A program made the position numbers and the translations under genes. Below, piece after piece: positions 38,698 to 48,427 of a DNA stretch of 64,000 bases; position 1 is the stretch's first letter; every line of letters begins with the position of its first letter. This DNA comes from Dehalococcoidia bacterium (GTDB lineage Bacteria; Chloroflexota; Dehalococcoidia; Lucifugimonadales; VXLM01), in NCBI GenBank assembly GCA_963662435.1, contig OY759598.1, forward strand, positions 3,566,507 through 3,630,506, read 5' to 3'. A model generated the notes under the pieces. It was not told where the DNA came from. It made no database searches and worked only from the letters and a program-made list of their open reading frames with translations.

Positions 38698-39749
38698 ACA
38701 CATACGCGGTGCAGTGCGCCGGGGTGACAAAGCGGTATGGCGGCGTAGTGGCGGTGGACGCGGTCGACCTGACGGTGCAGGTCGGCGAGATGCTATCCAT
38801 TGTCGGGCCGAGCGGGAGCGGCAAGACGACTGCGCTGCGCCTGATTGCCGGATTCGAGGCCGTAGACTCGGGGGAGATAGCTCTGAGGGGGACGGCCGTC
38901 TCCAATCGAAAGAGGCACGTGCCGCCGGAACGTCGCAGCGTCGGCATCGTCTTCCAGGAGCACGCTCTGTTCCCCCACAAGACGGTGAGGGAGAACGTGG
39001 CCTTCGGTCTCCATAAGCTTAAGGCCGACGATCGAGCTACCCGTTTGAGGGACGCGTTGGAACTCGTGCGGCTCACCCACCTCCAGGAACGCTATCCCCA
39101 TGAGCTTTCGGGTGGGGAGCAGCAGCGTGTGGCACTGGCCCGCGCACTCGCGCCCAATCCGGCCGTGCTGTTGCTGGACGAGCCGTTCTCGAATCTGGAC
39201 GCGGACCTTCGGGCGCGCATAAGGGGAGAGGTCAGGACCATACTCGCGGACTCGGGAGTCACCGTGGTGTTCGTGACGCACGACCAGGGTGACGCGCTGT
39301 TCATGGGGGACCGGATAGCGATCATCAACGAGGGGCGGATCGAACAGGCTGGCACGCCGGAGCAGGTGTTCCACGAGCCGAATACGAGGTTTGCGGCGGG
39401 ATTTATGGGGGTGGCCGACTTTCTGCCGGCAGAGTACGTGGACGGGAAGGTGGACACGGAGCTTGGTGTGTTTTCCGTGAGCGGCGAGGGATCAGGGGCG
39501 TGCGAGGTGATGACTCGGCCGGACGACATAGAGCTTGTCCGGTCGGCCGACGGGGGGGCGAGGGTGTTGTCGAGGACGTTCCAAGGGATAACCGACCTGT
39601 ACCTCGTCGAGCTCCCGTCGGGTACGGTAGTCAGGGCGCAGCGACCACACCATGAGCGGTTCCAGCCGGGAGAGCGGGTGGCGGTTGAGGCCGCGCCTCA
39701 CTTCACGCCCCGCTGCTTTGCGCTGGAGGACGGGAAGCTCATTCCGTAG
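38694..39749 (+). CDS. Fe3+ ABC transporter ATP-binding protein
   Basis: 'GPSGSGKTT', 'LSGGEQQRVALARA', 'LLLDEPF'; ATGA overlap with the permease stop. Confidence 0.92.
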   Translation: MNTYAVQCAGVTKRYGGVVAVDAVDLTVQVGEMLSIVGPSGSGKTTALRLIAGFEAVDSGEIALRGTAVSNRKRHVPPERRSVGIVFQEHALFPHKTVRENVAFGLHKLKADDRATRLRDALELVRLTHLQERYPHELSGGEQQRVALARALAPNPAVLLLDEPFSNLDADLRARIRGEVRTILADSGVTVVFVTHDQGDALFMGDRIAIINEGRIEQAGTPEQVFHEPNTRFAAGFMGVADFLPAEYVDGKVDTELGVFSVSGEGSGACEVMTRPDDIELVRSADGGARVLSRTFQGITDLYLVELPSGTVVRAQRPHHERFQPGERVAVEAAPHFTPRCFALEDGKLIP

Positions 39750-39756
39750 GGGGCCA

Positions 39757-39782
39757 CCCTTCGACAGGCTCAGGGCGAACGG
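39757..39782 (+). repeat. Short palindromic repeat CCCTTCGACAGGCTCAGGGCGAACGG
   Basis: Identical at 63918-63943; inverted near-copy at 7908-7932. Confidence 0.85.
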
Positions 39783-39865
39783 GTCAATCGGGTGGTTTCC
39801 AGGCGGGTGTGCTTGGGACGTTCGGGAGTGTGGAAGCCCCCTCTTTGAGTCTCTCCCTCATTTCC

Positions 39866-39970
39866 GGTTCCACATGATTTTGATACTACGATTCACACTC
39901 ACCCTAGCCCTCTCCCACGACGGGAGAGGAGATTAAGCGGCATCTGCCAGTTCATCATGTTCAAGTTGAC
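39866..39970 (+). repeat. ~105 bp MITE-like dispersed element, copy B
   Basis: CACATGATTTTGATA...CACCCTAGCCCTCTCCC..GGGAGAGG..CGGCA.CTG.CAGTTCATCAT.TTCAAGTTGAC shared with copies A and C. Confidence 0.85.
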
Positions 39971-40005
39971 TGAGTACTGGGGGAGAGACCGATTTGGCGA
40001 GGGCG

Positions 40006-41772
40006 TCAGGGGCTCGGCAGGGTGGCCTCGTCCTGCTGGGGTCGGAGCTGCATGTCGTAGATGTTCTTGTAGAAGCCCTGAAGCTCCATCAGCTCGTCGT
40101 GCGAGCCGCTCTCCACGATTTGGCCCTTGTCGAGGACGAGCGTCAGGTCGGCGCGGCGGACGGTGGAGAGACGGTGGGCGATGACAAAGGTCGTTCGGCC
40201 CGCAATTACCTCTTGGAGAGCCTGCTGAATCTGGTACTCGGTGCCCATATCGACGCTGGACGTGGAGTCGTCGAGTATGAGTATCGGTGGGTCGATGAGC
40301 AAGGTCCTGGCGATGGCGAGTCGCTGGCGCTGGCCGCCGGAGAGGCGGACGCCACGCTCTCCAACCCAGGTATCGTAGCCTCGCGGCGTCTGCTCGACGA
40401 ACTCGTGGAGCTGGGCTATCTTTGCGGCCTCAATGATCTGGTCGTCCGTGGCGTCCTCCGCGCCGTAGGCGATGTTGTCGCGAATGGAGGCGCCGAAGAC
40501 GAAGACGTCCTGCATGACGATGCCAACGTTGCTCCTCAGCGACGAGAGGGTCACATCGCGAACGTCCATGCCGTCTATGGTGATTTCGCCCCCCGTCACG
40601 TCGTAGAAGCGGGGTACGAGGTGGACGAGGGTGCTCTTGCCGGAGCCGGGAGCGCCGAGGATCGCCACGAGCTGTCCGGGCATCACTTCGAAGTCGATAT
40701 CGTGTACAGCGGGGGTGTCAGCCTGCTCGTAGCTCATGGAAACGCGGTCGAACCTGACGTGTCCGCTGATGTCATTGAGGGGGCGAGCGTTCGGCCTCTC
40801 CTGGACTGAAGACTCGGCATCGATCACGTCGAAGATGCGCTGTCCTGCGGCGTGCGCTCTTGAGAACATGTTGACCATGAACCCCATCATGCGGACGGGC
40901 ATTGCCATCATTCCCACGTAGAGGATGAAGGATGCGAGCTGGCCGGGGGTGAGGCGGTCGGCCACGATTTCCTGTCCGCCGAACCAGAGAACCGCACCGG
41001 TGGCGGCGGTGAATATGAGGGTCATGAGGGAACCGTGGAAGGCGAACTGCTTAGTGGCATCGTAGGTGAGATCGCGGACGGCGTCGGAGCGTTCGGCGAA
41101 CTGCTCCTCGGCGTACCGCCGCGCGCCAAAGACCTTGACGACCTTGATGCCCGCAATGTTCTCCTGAAGTACGGCGGTCATCTTGCCAGTCTCAGCCTGC
41201 ACGGCACCCCAGGTATGGCGCAGCCTGCGGGACATGTGGAAGGCACGCCAGAGGACCGGGGGCACGAAGAGCATGACTACTATGGCAAGCCGCCAGTTGA
41301 AGGAGGCCATGATGACGGCCACGAATACGAAGGTGGCGACCATCGAGAGGCCGCGAATGAGGGCCGAGCTCATGAATCTCTGGACGGCCTCGACGTCGGC
41401 GGTGGCCTTCGACATGAGGTCGCCGGTCTGCTGTTTATCGTGGAAGCCGAAGCTGAGGTTTTGGAGGCGGGTGAAGATATCGTTGCGGATATCGAAGGCG
41501 GTCCTTTGGGAGATGGCCTCCGCCAGGTAGTTTTGCACGTAGCTGAAGAGTCCCCTCAGGGCGCCTGCGAGGAGGATAGAGCCCCCGAGGAACAGGAGGA
41601 TGGTTAGCTTGCCTTCCTCAATGGCGCGGTTGAGGGCCTCGTCGATGGCGGATCCCGCAAGCCATGGCATGGCGAGGCCGGATGCCACGGACAGTGCCAT
41701 GGCAACGTACGCGCCGACGAGAATTGCTTTGTGGCGTAGGCCATATCCGATGAGCCGGACGAAGATTTTCAT
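40006..41772 (-). CDS. ABC exporter, fused permease/ATP-binding subunit
   Basis: TM domain plus 'GAPGSGKST', 'LSGGQRQRLAIAR', 'ILDDSTSSVD'. Confidence 0.92.
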   Translation of the reverse strand: MKIFVRLIGYGLRHKAILVGAYVAMALSVASGLAMPWLAGSAIDEALNRAIEEGKLTILLFLGGSILLAGALRGLFSYVQNYLAEAISQRTAFDIRNDIFTRLQNLSFGFHDKQQTGDLMSKATADVEAVQRFMSSALIRGLSMVATFVFVAVIMASFNWRLAIVVMLFVPPVLWRAFHMSRRLRHTWGAVQAETGKMTAVLQENIAGIKVVKVFGARRYAEEQFAERSDAVRDLTYDATKQFAFHGSLMTLIFTAATGAVLWFGGQEIVADRLTPGQLASFILYVGMMAMPVRMMGFMVNMFSRAHAAGQRIFDVIDAESSVQERPNARPLNDISGHVRFDRVSMSYEQADTPAVHDIDFEVMPGQLVAILGAPGSGKSTLVHLVPRFYDVTGGEITIDGMDVRDVTLSSLRSNVGIVMQDVFVFGASIRDNIAYGAEDATDDQIIEAAKIAQLHEFVEQTPRGYDTWVGERGVRLSGGQRQRLAIARTLLIDPPILILDDSTSSVDMGTEYQIQQALQEVIAGRTTFVIAHRLSTVRRADLTLVLDKGQIVESGSHDELMELQGFYKNIYDMQLRPQQDEATLPSP

Positions 41773-41857
41773 AGGCGGGGCTTCTACTCCTGTTCAGGGC
41801 TATTGTGCATGAATTCACTTCGTATGTCAAGAGTAGTTTGAGTGAATCGAAGGAAGT

Positions 41858-41880
41858 GGGGACGATTCACGAATCGCCCC
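41858..41880. repeat. REP-like palindrome GGGCGATTCGCGAATCGCCCC family
   Basis: Copies at 48398-48421, 52046-52068, 60307-60328; degenerate copy at about 62238-62259. Confidence 0.8.
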
Positions 41881-41969
41881 GACGGGAGGCAGGGCTGGGG
41901 TTATTTTCGAGCCAATTACAGGTAGGCGGGAGGCGGTTCCTAGTTGCCATGCTGTCTTGCCTACGCCTG

Positions 41970-42314
41970 TCATCCGCGAACGGTAGAGAGGGCTGCCAGG
42001 TGATGGATGGGAATTCGGGCGATGTGCTTCCTGCCGCTGCGCCGACTGATGATCTGGATGGCATGGGGTTGGATGACGGCCATTTTCTTGGGTCTCTGTG
42101 GGCAGCAGTCGCAGTAGACGGAGACTTCGCCTGTCGGGAGTACCATGCCGGGGGTAAGGTCCGGGTGTTGGGCGTTGGGGTCGCTGCGGAGGCGGTCTCC
42201 GGCATCCTGCCCGGCATGGTGGTCGGAATCCAGGTTTCCCTGTGGGAGTGACGATTCAGCTGCGGAGCGGCGCTGAGGGGCGAGGGGCTGAATTTCTGGG
42301 ACATTGTGGGACAT
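41970..42314 (-). CDS. Hypothetical small protein with CxCC and His (putative metal-binding)
   Basis: 'GEVSVYCDCCPQRPKKMAVI...RRSGRKHIARI'; its ATG lies inside the 10-bp repeat cluster, so the true start is uncertain. Confidence 0.45.
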   Translation of the reverse strand: MSHNVPEIQPLAPQRRSAAESSLPQGNLDSDHHAGQDAGDRLRSDPNAQHPDLTPGMVLPTGEVSVYCDCCPQRPKKMAVIQPHAIQIISRRSGRKHIARIPIHHLAALSTVRG

Positions 42315-42324
42315 TTTGTGACCT
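42295..42324 (-). repeat. Three phased 10-bp direct repeats
   Basis: Minus strand AGGTCACAAA ATGTCCCACA ATGTCCCAGA followed by AAT. Confidence 0.7.
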
Positions 42325-42364
42325 TTCGAGGTGTGTGGACGTATCGGGGGCCAGTTGGTCCGGG

Positions 42365-43257
42365 TTAGAAGCGGACCACCTTGAAGGTGTCCATCTCTTC
42401 ACTTTTTCCTTTCTGACGTAGTTGCTGGCGGAGTTCGGCGCGTGGGAGCCCCCCTCTCTGTGTCTCTCCCCCGCCGGGGGAGAGATGGGAATTTGGCTGT
42501 GAGCCTCTCCCGTCGGGGGAGGCGTTGGATGCGCCGGTGTCGAGGGGAGCGTGGGCGTCGTGATCGAGACCCTCGGTCGGGCTGGGTGAAGGTGGAATGA
42601 TTATGGCTTGGTCCGTCGCAACCGGGCTTGAATGGGCATCTTCCGGGTCCCGGACCCGAACAGGAGTAATGGGCTCGGCAGGGTGGGAGGACGCGTCTCG
42701 CTCGGCGGAGGAGGGATGGGGAGCCTGTGAGTTGAGTTTGCCCTTGCGGAAGGGGTCGGGATCGCCCTGCAAGATGCGAGCGAAGGTGGGGTAGCCGGCC
42801 GCCTTTTCGCGATGTGCAGTTTCGCGGTAGCGATTGAGCTGCCGAAGTGCACTGGAATTGTCGCACTTGTGGTCGATGTCTCTGGTATGTTTGAGCGGAG
42901 CAACTCGATGAGTAGCGTGGCCGGCGCCTTCGGGTCGCTGGCACGCAGGAGGGCCTTGTGCTGCAGCCTGTCTTTGAACGTAAGGGTGGCGACCTCGAGT
43001 CTGCGTGAAAAGCCGAGCACGTCGTCGAAATTCCATCTCATGGCGGTGAATACGGTGACACCTGCCCTGCTTGCGGCGGATGTGACCGTTCCCATCTGGG
43101 AGAACTGGTCGAGATAGGCGTTCTGTTTGAGCCACGTCTCGCGATCCGTGGGAGTGAATTCCTCGAAGCGCAGTTCCAGCTCAAATTCCAATTCTTCGGC
43201 CTCCTCGGGGGAGGCGATGTCGAGTTCGTCGAGTCGGAGGTGTTTATAGTAGTTCAT
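42365..43257 (-). pseudogene. HTH protein resembling phage terminase small-subunit-like proteins, apparently frameshifted near 42880
   Basis: Frame A: 'KQNAYLDQFSQMGTVTSAASRAGVTVFTAMRW..DDVLGF..RL..A...F.D.L...LLIELLRSNIPE'; protein-like text then continues in another frame ('HKCDNSSALRQLNRYRE...FKVVRF*'). Confidence 0.5.
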
Positions 43258-43293
43258 GTGTTCTATGTTAGGAGTGGTTTGCGTGGATGTCAA
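43252..43293 (-). promoter_or_regulatory. Sigma70 promoter with a LexA-like box over a leaderless start
   Basis: TTGACA-17 bp-TAACAT-AGAACAC-ATG; GAAC-ACAT-GAAC overlaps the ATG. Confidence 0.6.
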
Positions 43294-43627
43294 AAGCGCG
43301 GTGTGAAGGTGGGGAATTCACCCTCACCCTTTCCCACGGTGGGAGAGGAGAAAAATGGGGGAGGGTCCGGGAATTCGGTCGTGGATTGGCAAAAAACTTG
43401 GATTTTGTTTAGTTCATTTCTAAAAAGATGGTCGTAAAAGTACTTTGACTATCTCCAACTTGGTGCTAGCATTCGTCATATCGAACTCATTTTGGGGTTC
43501 AAACCTAGTGCCCGCGTCGTGGAATCGAAGTGACAGTTCTAGATCTGGCTCTAACAATTGAGGTGTTGAAGTTCATTTGGGTCTCGCGCCCGATGCTGGT
43601 TAATTCATCCGATTGGGCAGGATACTC

Positions 43628-44182
43628 ATGGAGACTCGAATATCGGGGGGGAGTAAAAGGGGACATAAGCTCCGGACGTACGGCGGCGTAGGACTACGCC
43701 CGACATCCGAGAAGGTGCGATCCGCCATCTTCTCGCTCATCGGTCCAGAATCGGTGATTGGCGCGAGAGTCCTCGACCTGTACGCAGGAACGGGCGCCCT
43801 GGGAATTGAGGCATTGAGCAGGGGTGCAGACGCGGTGGAGTTCGTTGAGTCGAACCCCAAGACTTGCGGATACATCAGGAGGAATGTCGAGGACTTCGGA
43901 TTCGCGGAGCGGGTTCGAATCACTCGCGGGAGAGTTGAGAGGGTAATAGGGACGCTTCGAACGAGGTTCGACCTAGTGTTGGCCGATCCACCCTACCGAA
44001 GCGATCCCTGGGAAGAGTTGTTGGGCGGTATACAGAAGGGAAGCATTCTCGAAGAAGAGGCAATTGTCGTCGCCGAGCACGCCAGCAGACATGAGATGGC
44101 CGACAGCTACGGCGACCTGAGCATTTGGAAGAGAAGACGATACGGGGACACGACGGTCTCGCTGTATCGCAACGGAGGATAG
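43628..44182 (+). CDS. rsmD: 16S rRNA (guanine966-N2)-methyltransferase
   Basis: 'RISGG', 'LRPTSEKVR', 'VLDLYAGTGALGIEALSRGA', 'ADPPY'. Confidence 0.92.
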   Translation: METRISGGSKRGHKLRTYGGVGLRPTSEKVRSAIFSLIGPESVIGARVLDLYAGTGALGIEALSRGADAVEFVESNPKTCGYIRRNVEDFGFAERVRITRGRVERVIGTLRTRFDLVLADPPYRSDPWEELLGGIQKGSILEEEAIVVAEHASRHEMADSYGDLSIWKRRRYGDTTVSLYRNGG

Positions 44183-44184
44183 GA

Positions 44185-44670
44185 GTGAGGAGCGCGGTGT
44201 ATCCGGGAAGGTTTGATCCTGTGCACAATGGTCACGTCGACATAGCCCGTCGGGCGTCGATGCTATTTGACAGTCTTGTGGTGGCCGTGTACGACTCTCC
44301 GCCCAAGCGCGCGCTCTTCAGTACCTCTGAGAGGATCAGCCTATTTAGCGAGTCGATTAGGGACGTGCCGAACGTCGAGATTCGCAAATTCTCCGGACTG
44401 GCGACCGAGCTCGCCTCGGAACTCGGGGCCGGCTTCATCGTCCGAGGACTCCGGGCGGGCTACGATTTCGAGACCGAGTTCGAGATGACGCACATGTGGC
44501 GGCACCTCAACCGGAACATCGAGGTTGTGTGCATGATGAGTTCCCTGGAGTACCAGTTTGTATATGCCAGCCGCATCAAAGAAGTAGCGCAGCTAGGTGG
44601 CGACGTGGACGGGCTTGTGCCGCAGCACGTCGCCGCAAGGTTGAAGGAAACATTCAACTCGGCCTCGTAG
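44185..44670 (+). CDS. coaD: Phosphopantetheine adenylyltransferase
   Basis: 'AVYPGRFDPVHNGHVDI', 'IVRGLR..DFE.E', 'IKEVAQLGGDV'. Confidence 0.93.
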   Translation: MRSAVYPGRFDPVHNGHVDIARRASMLFDSLVVAVYDSPPKRALFSTSERISLFSESIRDVPNVEIRKFSGLATELASELGAGFIVRGLRAGYDFETEFEMTHMWRHLNRNIEVVCMMSSLEYQFVYASRIKEVAQLGGDVDGLVPQHVAARLKETFNSAS

Positions 44671-44698
44671 TGTCGGGGCTCTGCTAAGGAGGAGCGTC

Positions 44699-45271
44699 AT
44701 AGATATCATCAGAGTCATCGAAGAATTGGAAGAGATCTCGAGTTCCGCGACTCGCGTCCCCGGAATGCGGAAGAAGGTCATGGTCGACGTCGACCGCCTG
44801 TCGGCGGTCACCGAGCGTCTGAGCAAGACCATCCCCGCCGATATTCTCGAGGCAAAGGAGATCCTCAAGCAGAAGGAGAGCATCCTCAACCACACGGAGC
44901 TTGAGGCCCGGCGGATCCGCGAGGAGGCTACTGAGGAGGCCGATCAGGTCATGTCAGCGGCGCGTGAGGAGCATCTCAGCAAGGTCAACGAGACGGAGAT
45001 CCTGCGGGCTGCCTCCGTGAAGGCCGATGAGATGAACCAGGGGGCCCTGCTGGAAGCCCAGCAGATCATCCAGGAGGCCCAACGGAAGGCCTACCGCCTA
45101 CTCGACGAGGCCGAGCGAGTCGCAGCCGAGCGGCGTGAGGGCGCGAACAGGTATGCGCGCGAGACGCTCTTCGACCTCGAAGAGCGCATGTCCGGTGTTC
45201 TCGGCCAGGTCCGGCGCGGGATCGACACCCTTGGCGTCGAAGCCGCAGAGACCCAGGCTCCGGCCGCTTAG
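44699..45271 (+). CDS. Coiled-coil protein following coaD (DivIVA/ATPase-subunit-like); probable ATA start
   Basis: AAGGAGG-6 nt-ATA GAT ATC ATC AGA GTC ATC GAA GAA TTG; long helical Glu/Ala-rich body. Confidence 0.7.
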   Translation: MDIIRVIEELEEISSSATRVPGMRKKVMVDVDRLSAVTERLSKTIPADILEAKEILKQKESILNHTELEARRIREEATEEADQVMSAAREEHLSKVNETEILRAASVKADEMNQGALLEAQQIIQEAQRKAYRLLDEAERVAAERREGANRYARETLFDLEERMSGVLGQVRRGIDTLGVEAAETQAPAA

Positions 45272-45355
45272 CTCAACAACTCAGTACTTCGGGCGCGTGA
45301 TGGGGACGCGGGCTTGCGCTCCGTCCCCACACGGATAGCGTTCCTTTTGCACTTT

Positions 45356-46501
45356 CTATCTGTGCATGGGCTTTAGCAGCTCTTCGCGCAGGCGCCTGAT
45401 GACGGTCTCCAACTCCTCCTGATCGAGGTTGATGGGGTCGACGCCCATCTCATCGGGGTCGCCCAACTGGTGAAGGTGGACGGCCGGGTCGCCGGTTGCC
45501 ATTGCCTCCAGAACCTCGTCTCGACTGGGACCATTCCATTCCGTCGTGAATTCGATCAACGCCGTGGGCACGAGGTAGTTCCACTCGTCGTGTTGGACTG
45601 ACACCTGTATTCCCGGCACTTCGATCAGGGCATCGACCACCTGTTGTACTTTTTCACGGTAGCGCACGGTCTCGGCGGCCTCGTCCTCATCATTGAAAAT
45701 CCGGAGGGCCGTCACCAGCCCCATGATCTCCTCCTTGGCCACCTTCATGCTCCTGCCGAGGTAGGAATTGGGAGCAGCGTTAGCGGCCGCAGCCTCGATC
45801 AGGTCGGCCCGGCCCACGAGAATACCGGTGCCCTGAGGTCCGCGAACGCCCTTGCCGCCACTCAGGATTACCAAGTCGGCGCCCTCGCGAATAAAGCGTC
45901 GCAGGTTGTCGCGGGGAGGGAGCGTGGAGGCGGCGTCGACGATGACCGGCACTCCACGGGCGTGAGCGATCTCGCACACCTGGGAGAGGGGAATGGCACG
46001 TCGCGACACGAACTGCGCGATCAGGAACGCCACCGCGGCGGTATTCTCGGTGAAGGCCGCTTCCAGTTGCCACGGATAGCAGCGCCGGCCGTCGCCGATT
46101 TCCACAAACTTCGCTCCCGCCGCGCGGTATAGCTGGTCGTATCCGAATCGGTGGCTCCTGTGGATGATGATCTCGTTTTTCATGCCCGTGGTGTCAGGAA
46201 GACGCACCATATTCGCGGGGTCACTTCCGGCAATTACGGCCGCGGCCTGCATCGTTAGGCCTCCGCCCGAGCCGCTGACGACCAGGCCCGCCTCAGCGCC
46301 GCAAATTTCCGCGAGCACCTTGCCGGCAGCCTTGTTCAGGTCCCCGATGTTCACCATGACGTCGGAGGTCTTTTGCATCACTTCGGCCACTTCAGGCCTC
46401 AGCTTCGAACCGCCCCACATGGTGGTAGTCCCCGACGCATTTATGATCCGCTTGACTCCCAGCGACCCGTACATCTGCTCGCCGTTCATAGACAAGTCCA
46501 T
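45356..46501 (-). CDS. SelA-like PLP-dependent enzyme (DgaE / D-glucosaminate-6-phosphate ammonia-lyase-like)
   Basis: 'IINASGTTT..GGS', 'VPVIVDAAS', 'LSGGKGVRGPQGTG', 'GRSMKVAKEEI'. Confidence 0.75.
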   Translation of the reverse strand: MDLSMNGEQMYGSLGVKRIINASGTTTMWGGSKLRPEVAEVMQKTSDVMVNIGDLNKAAGKVLAEICGAEAGLVVSGSGGGLTMQAAAVIAGSDPANMVRLPDTTGMKNEIIIHRSHRFGYDQLYRAAGAKFVEIGDGRRCYPWQLEAAFTENTAAVAFLIAQFVSRRAIPLSQVCEIAHARGVPVIVDAASTLPPRDNLRRFIREGADLVILSGGKGVRGPQGTGILVGRADLIEAAAANAAPNSYLGRSMKVAKEEIMGLVTALRIFNDEDEAAETVRYREKVQQVVDALIEVPGIQVSVQHDEWNYLVPTALIEFTTEWNGPSRDEVLEAMATGDPAVHLHQLGDPDEMGVDPINLDQEELETVIRRLREELLKPMHR

Positions 46502-46757
46502 TCCTGACCTCAAAGTACAAAATGGCGGCCTGCCGCCGCGGGGAGAATTATATCACCTGTGTTGTGGCAGGCCCGTATACATGAAATGCGCTCACTCCAG
46601 TAGTCCCCGTCGGCGGGAGAGGGGGCCTTCATTCGCCAGAACGTAGCCCCGGCCCCGTCACTCTGGTCGGAGCGCAGCAGAGTAGTAGGGCGATTCGCTG
46701 GGGGCTGTGATAGCGGGTGGCCGTGTCAATCTAGGTGTGTCGTCTGCGGTGGTGCGG

Positions 46758-47675
46758 TCATACGCGGGCGAACTTGTCCAAGGCGAGCTGGGCTCCGACT
46801 TGCGCCACATAGACGTCGCCGGCTGAGTCGATCCAGATGCCGTGAGGAGCGCCGTAGAAGCGGCCGGGCTCCTCGCCTTTCTCGCCCCACGATCCCAGGG
46901 TCTCGCCGTCAAGCGTCTTGAGGATGATCGGTCCGTAGCCGCTGGCGATGTGCATGACGCCATCGTCGTCTACAACCGCGTCGTTGCCGCCGGGCACGTC
47001 GTTCCACTCGGTCTTGTACTCGCCTTCGGACGTGAACACCTGCACGCGCCCGTTTTCACGGTCTATAACGTACACGAGTCCGGCGGAGTCTGTAACGATT
47101 CCGTGGGGCAGGTTGAATTCTCCGGGGCCGTCCCCGACCTCTCCGGTGACCTCTCCCTGCGAGGCCATCTGGTAGTACACGGCATCTCCACGTCCCCAGG
47201 ATACCTTCAGCTCGCCGGCGGAGGTGAAGCAGTGGCAGCGGTTCTGTTCGTACCCGTCCGACACGTACAGGTCGCCGGATGGCGCGATGGTCGCGTTCGT
47301 GGGTGAGCGGAATGGCTCACCCGACGGGCCTCGTTCGCCCTCGGTGCCCAGCACCATCAGCGTCTTGCCGTCGGGAGTGAACTTCCTTACCGTGTGATCG
47401 CCCGCGTCGGCGTGGTACAGCACGTCGTCCTGGATGAACAGCCCGTGGGGGACGGTGAAAATATCGCGGCCCCACCTGTCCAGCAGTTTCCCGTCCCGGT
47501 CGAACACCCACATCTCGCCCTCGTTGCCGTCGGGTCCCTGGCGCAGACGCACACAGGCATAGACACGTCCCTCGGAGTCGGTGGCAATATCGGAGACGAC
47601 GCCACCCCTGGGGAAGTCTCCCCAACCCTCTACGTGTTCGTATTTGTAATTCGAAACGCTGACTGTGTGCGCCAT
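46758..47675 (-). CDS. NHL-repeat beta-propeller protein (peptidylamidoglycolate lyase-like)
   Basis: 'PHGLF', 'YVSDGYEQNRCH', 'GEFNLPHGI', 'DRENGRVQVF'. Confidence 0.8.
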   Translation of the reverse strand: MAHTVSVSNYKYEHVEGWGDFPRGGVVSDIATDSEGRVYACVRLRQGPDGNEGEMWVFDRDGKLLDRWGRDIFTVPHGLFIQDDVLYHADAGDHTVRKFTPDGKTLMVLGTEGERGPSGEPFRSPTNATIAPSGDLYVSDGYEQNRCHCFTSAGELKVSWGRGDAVYYQMASQGEVTGEVGDGPGEFNLPHGIVTDSAGLVYVIDRENGRVQVFTSEGEYKTEWNDVPGGNDAVVDDDGVMHIASGYGPIILKTLDGETLGSWGEKGEEPGRFYGAPHGIWIDSAGDVYVAQVGAQLALDKFARV

Positions 47676-47953
47676 GTTGCATTGCCTCTAGCTTCGGGGG
47701 CTTCGGGACCCTCGTGGTTTGAAGGAGTAGTCTACGCCATCCGCTTGCCGAAGTCTGCCGGGGTGCGCCTGAAGTTTTGTGAGGGTGGCGGGGGTGTGGA
47801 TTTGTGCCCTTCGGTGGGGTTTCAAGTAGCTGCGGGAACCCCCTCTCTGTAGCTCCCCCCCGGCGGGGGCTAACAGGAGTATGTATTTGACCTCACCCCA
47901 GCCCTCTCCAGCGAACGGGAGAGGGGGTCTACATTCACCACGCAACCCTGGCG

Positions 47954-48130
47954 CTGTCATTCTAAGGGGAGCGCAGCGAAGTCGAAGAATCTAAAGTATC
48001 TGTCACAACGTAAGGCTGACATAGCGAAGTAGTTCGCTCTTTTCACTCTTGGTAACGATAGAAGCATGGCACCAACTGACCTGTCTTGCGACTATGGATT
48101 TTAGATTCCTCGCTGCACTCGGAATGACAG
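47954..48130. repeat. REPIN/MITE-like unit with inverted ends
   Basis: Left CTGTCATTC...GAAGAATCTAAA, right TTTAGATTCCTCGCTGCACTCGGAATGACAG; related half-units at about 331-364 and 63824-63857. Confidence 0.7.
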
Positions 48131-48289
48131 AGAAATGGGGCCGGATCATATCTGCAAAGCCATCCTACATACTCCTGTCAGCCCGGCGGGGGAGAGACTA
48201 AGGGTGATTGCGTAGCCCCCGGTATGGCCCCGTCGCGGGGCGCGACGCTGGGTTGGTCAGAGTTGATGAGAGGAACAACCTTCCCCCTG

Positions 48290-48427
48290 TGGATACCCGC
48301 CTTCGCGGGTATGACGATAGGGGGTCTTGGCGTTCACTTTCATACCAATCGCTCATGTCGGTTGTCACCGACACCACCAATCATGAAATTGCGGTAAGGG
48401 CGATTCGCGAATCGCCCCTACGGGAGG
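48290..48427 (+). repeat. ~130 bp composite repeat (RS3-like hairpin + conserved core + REP palindrome), copy 1
   Basis: Near-identical to about 60204-60336 (core GTTCACTTTCATACCAATCGCT.ATG.CGGTTGTCACCGAC). Confidence 0.85.

Noticed and set aside
45356..46501. SelA-like gene as the selenocysteine synthase for the DUF3179 selenoprotein
   Set aside because: Its length and motifs fit the DgaE-like subfamily better, and no selB, selC or selD is adjacent.
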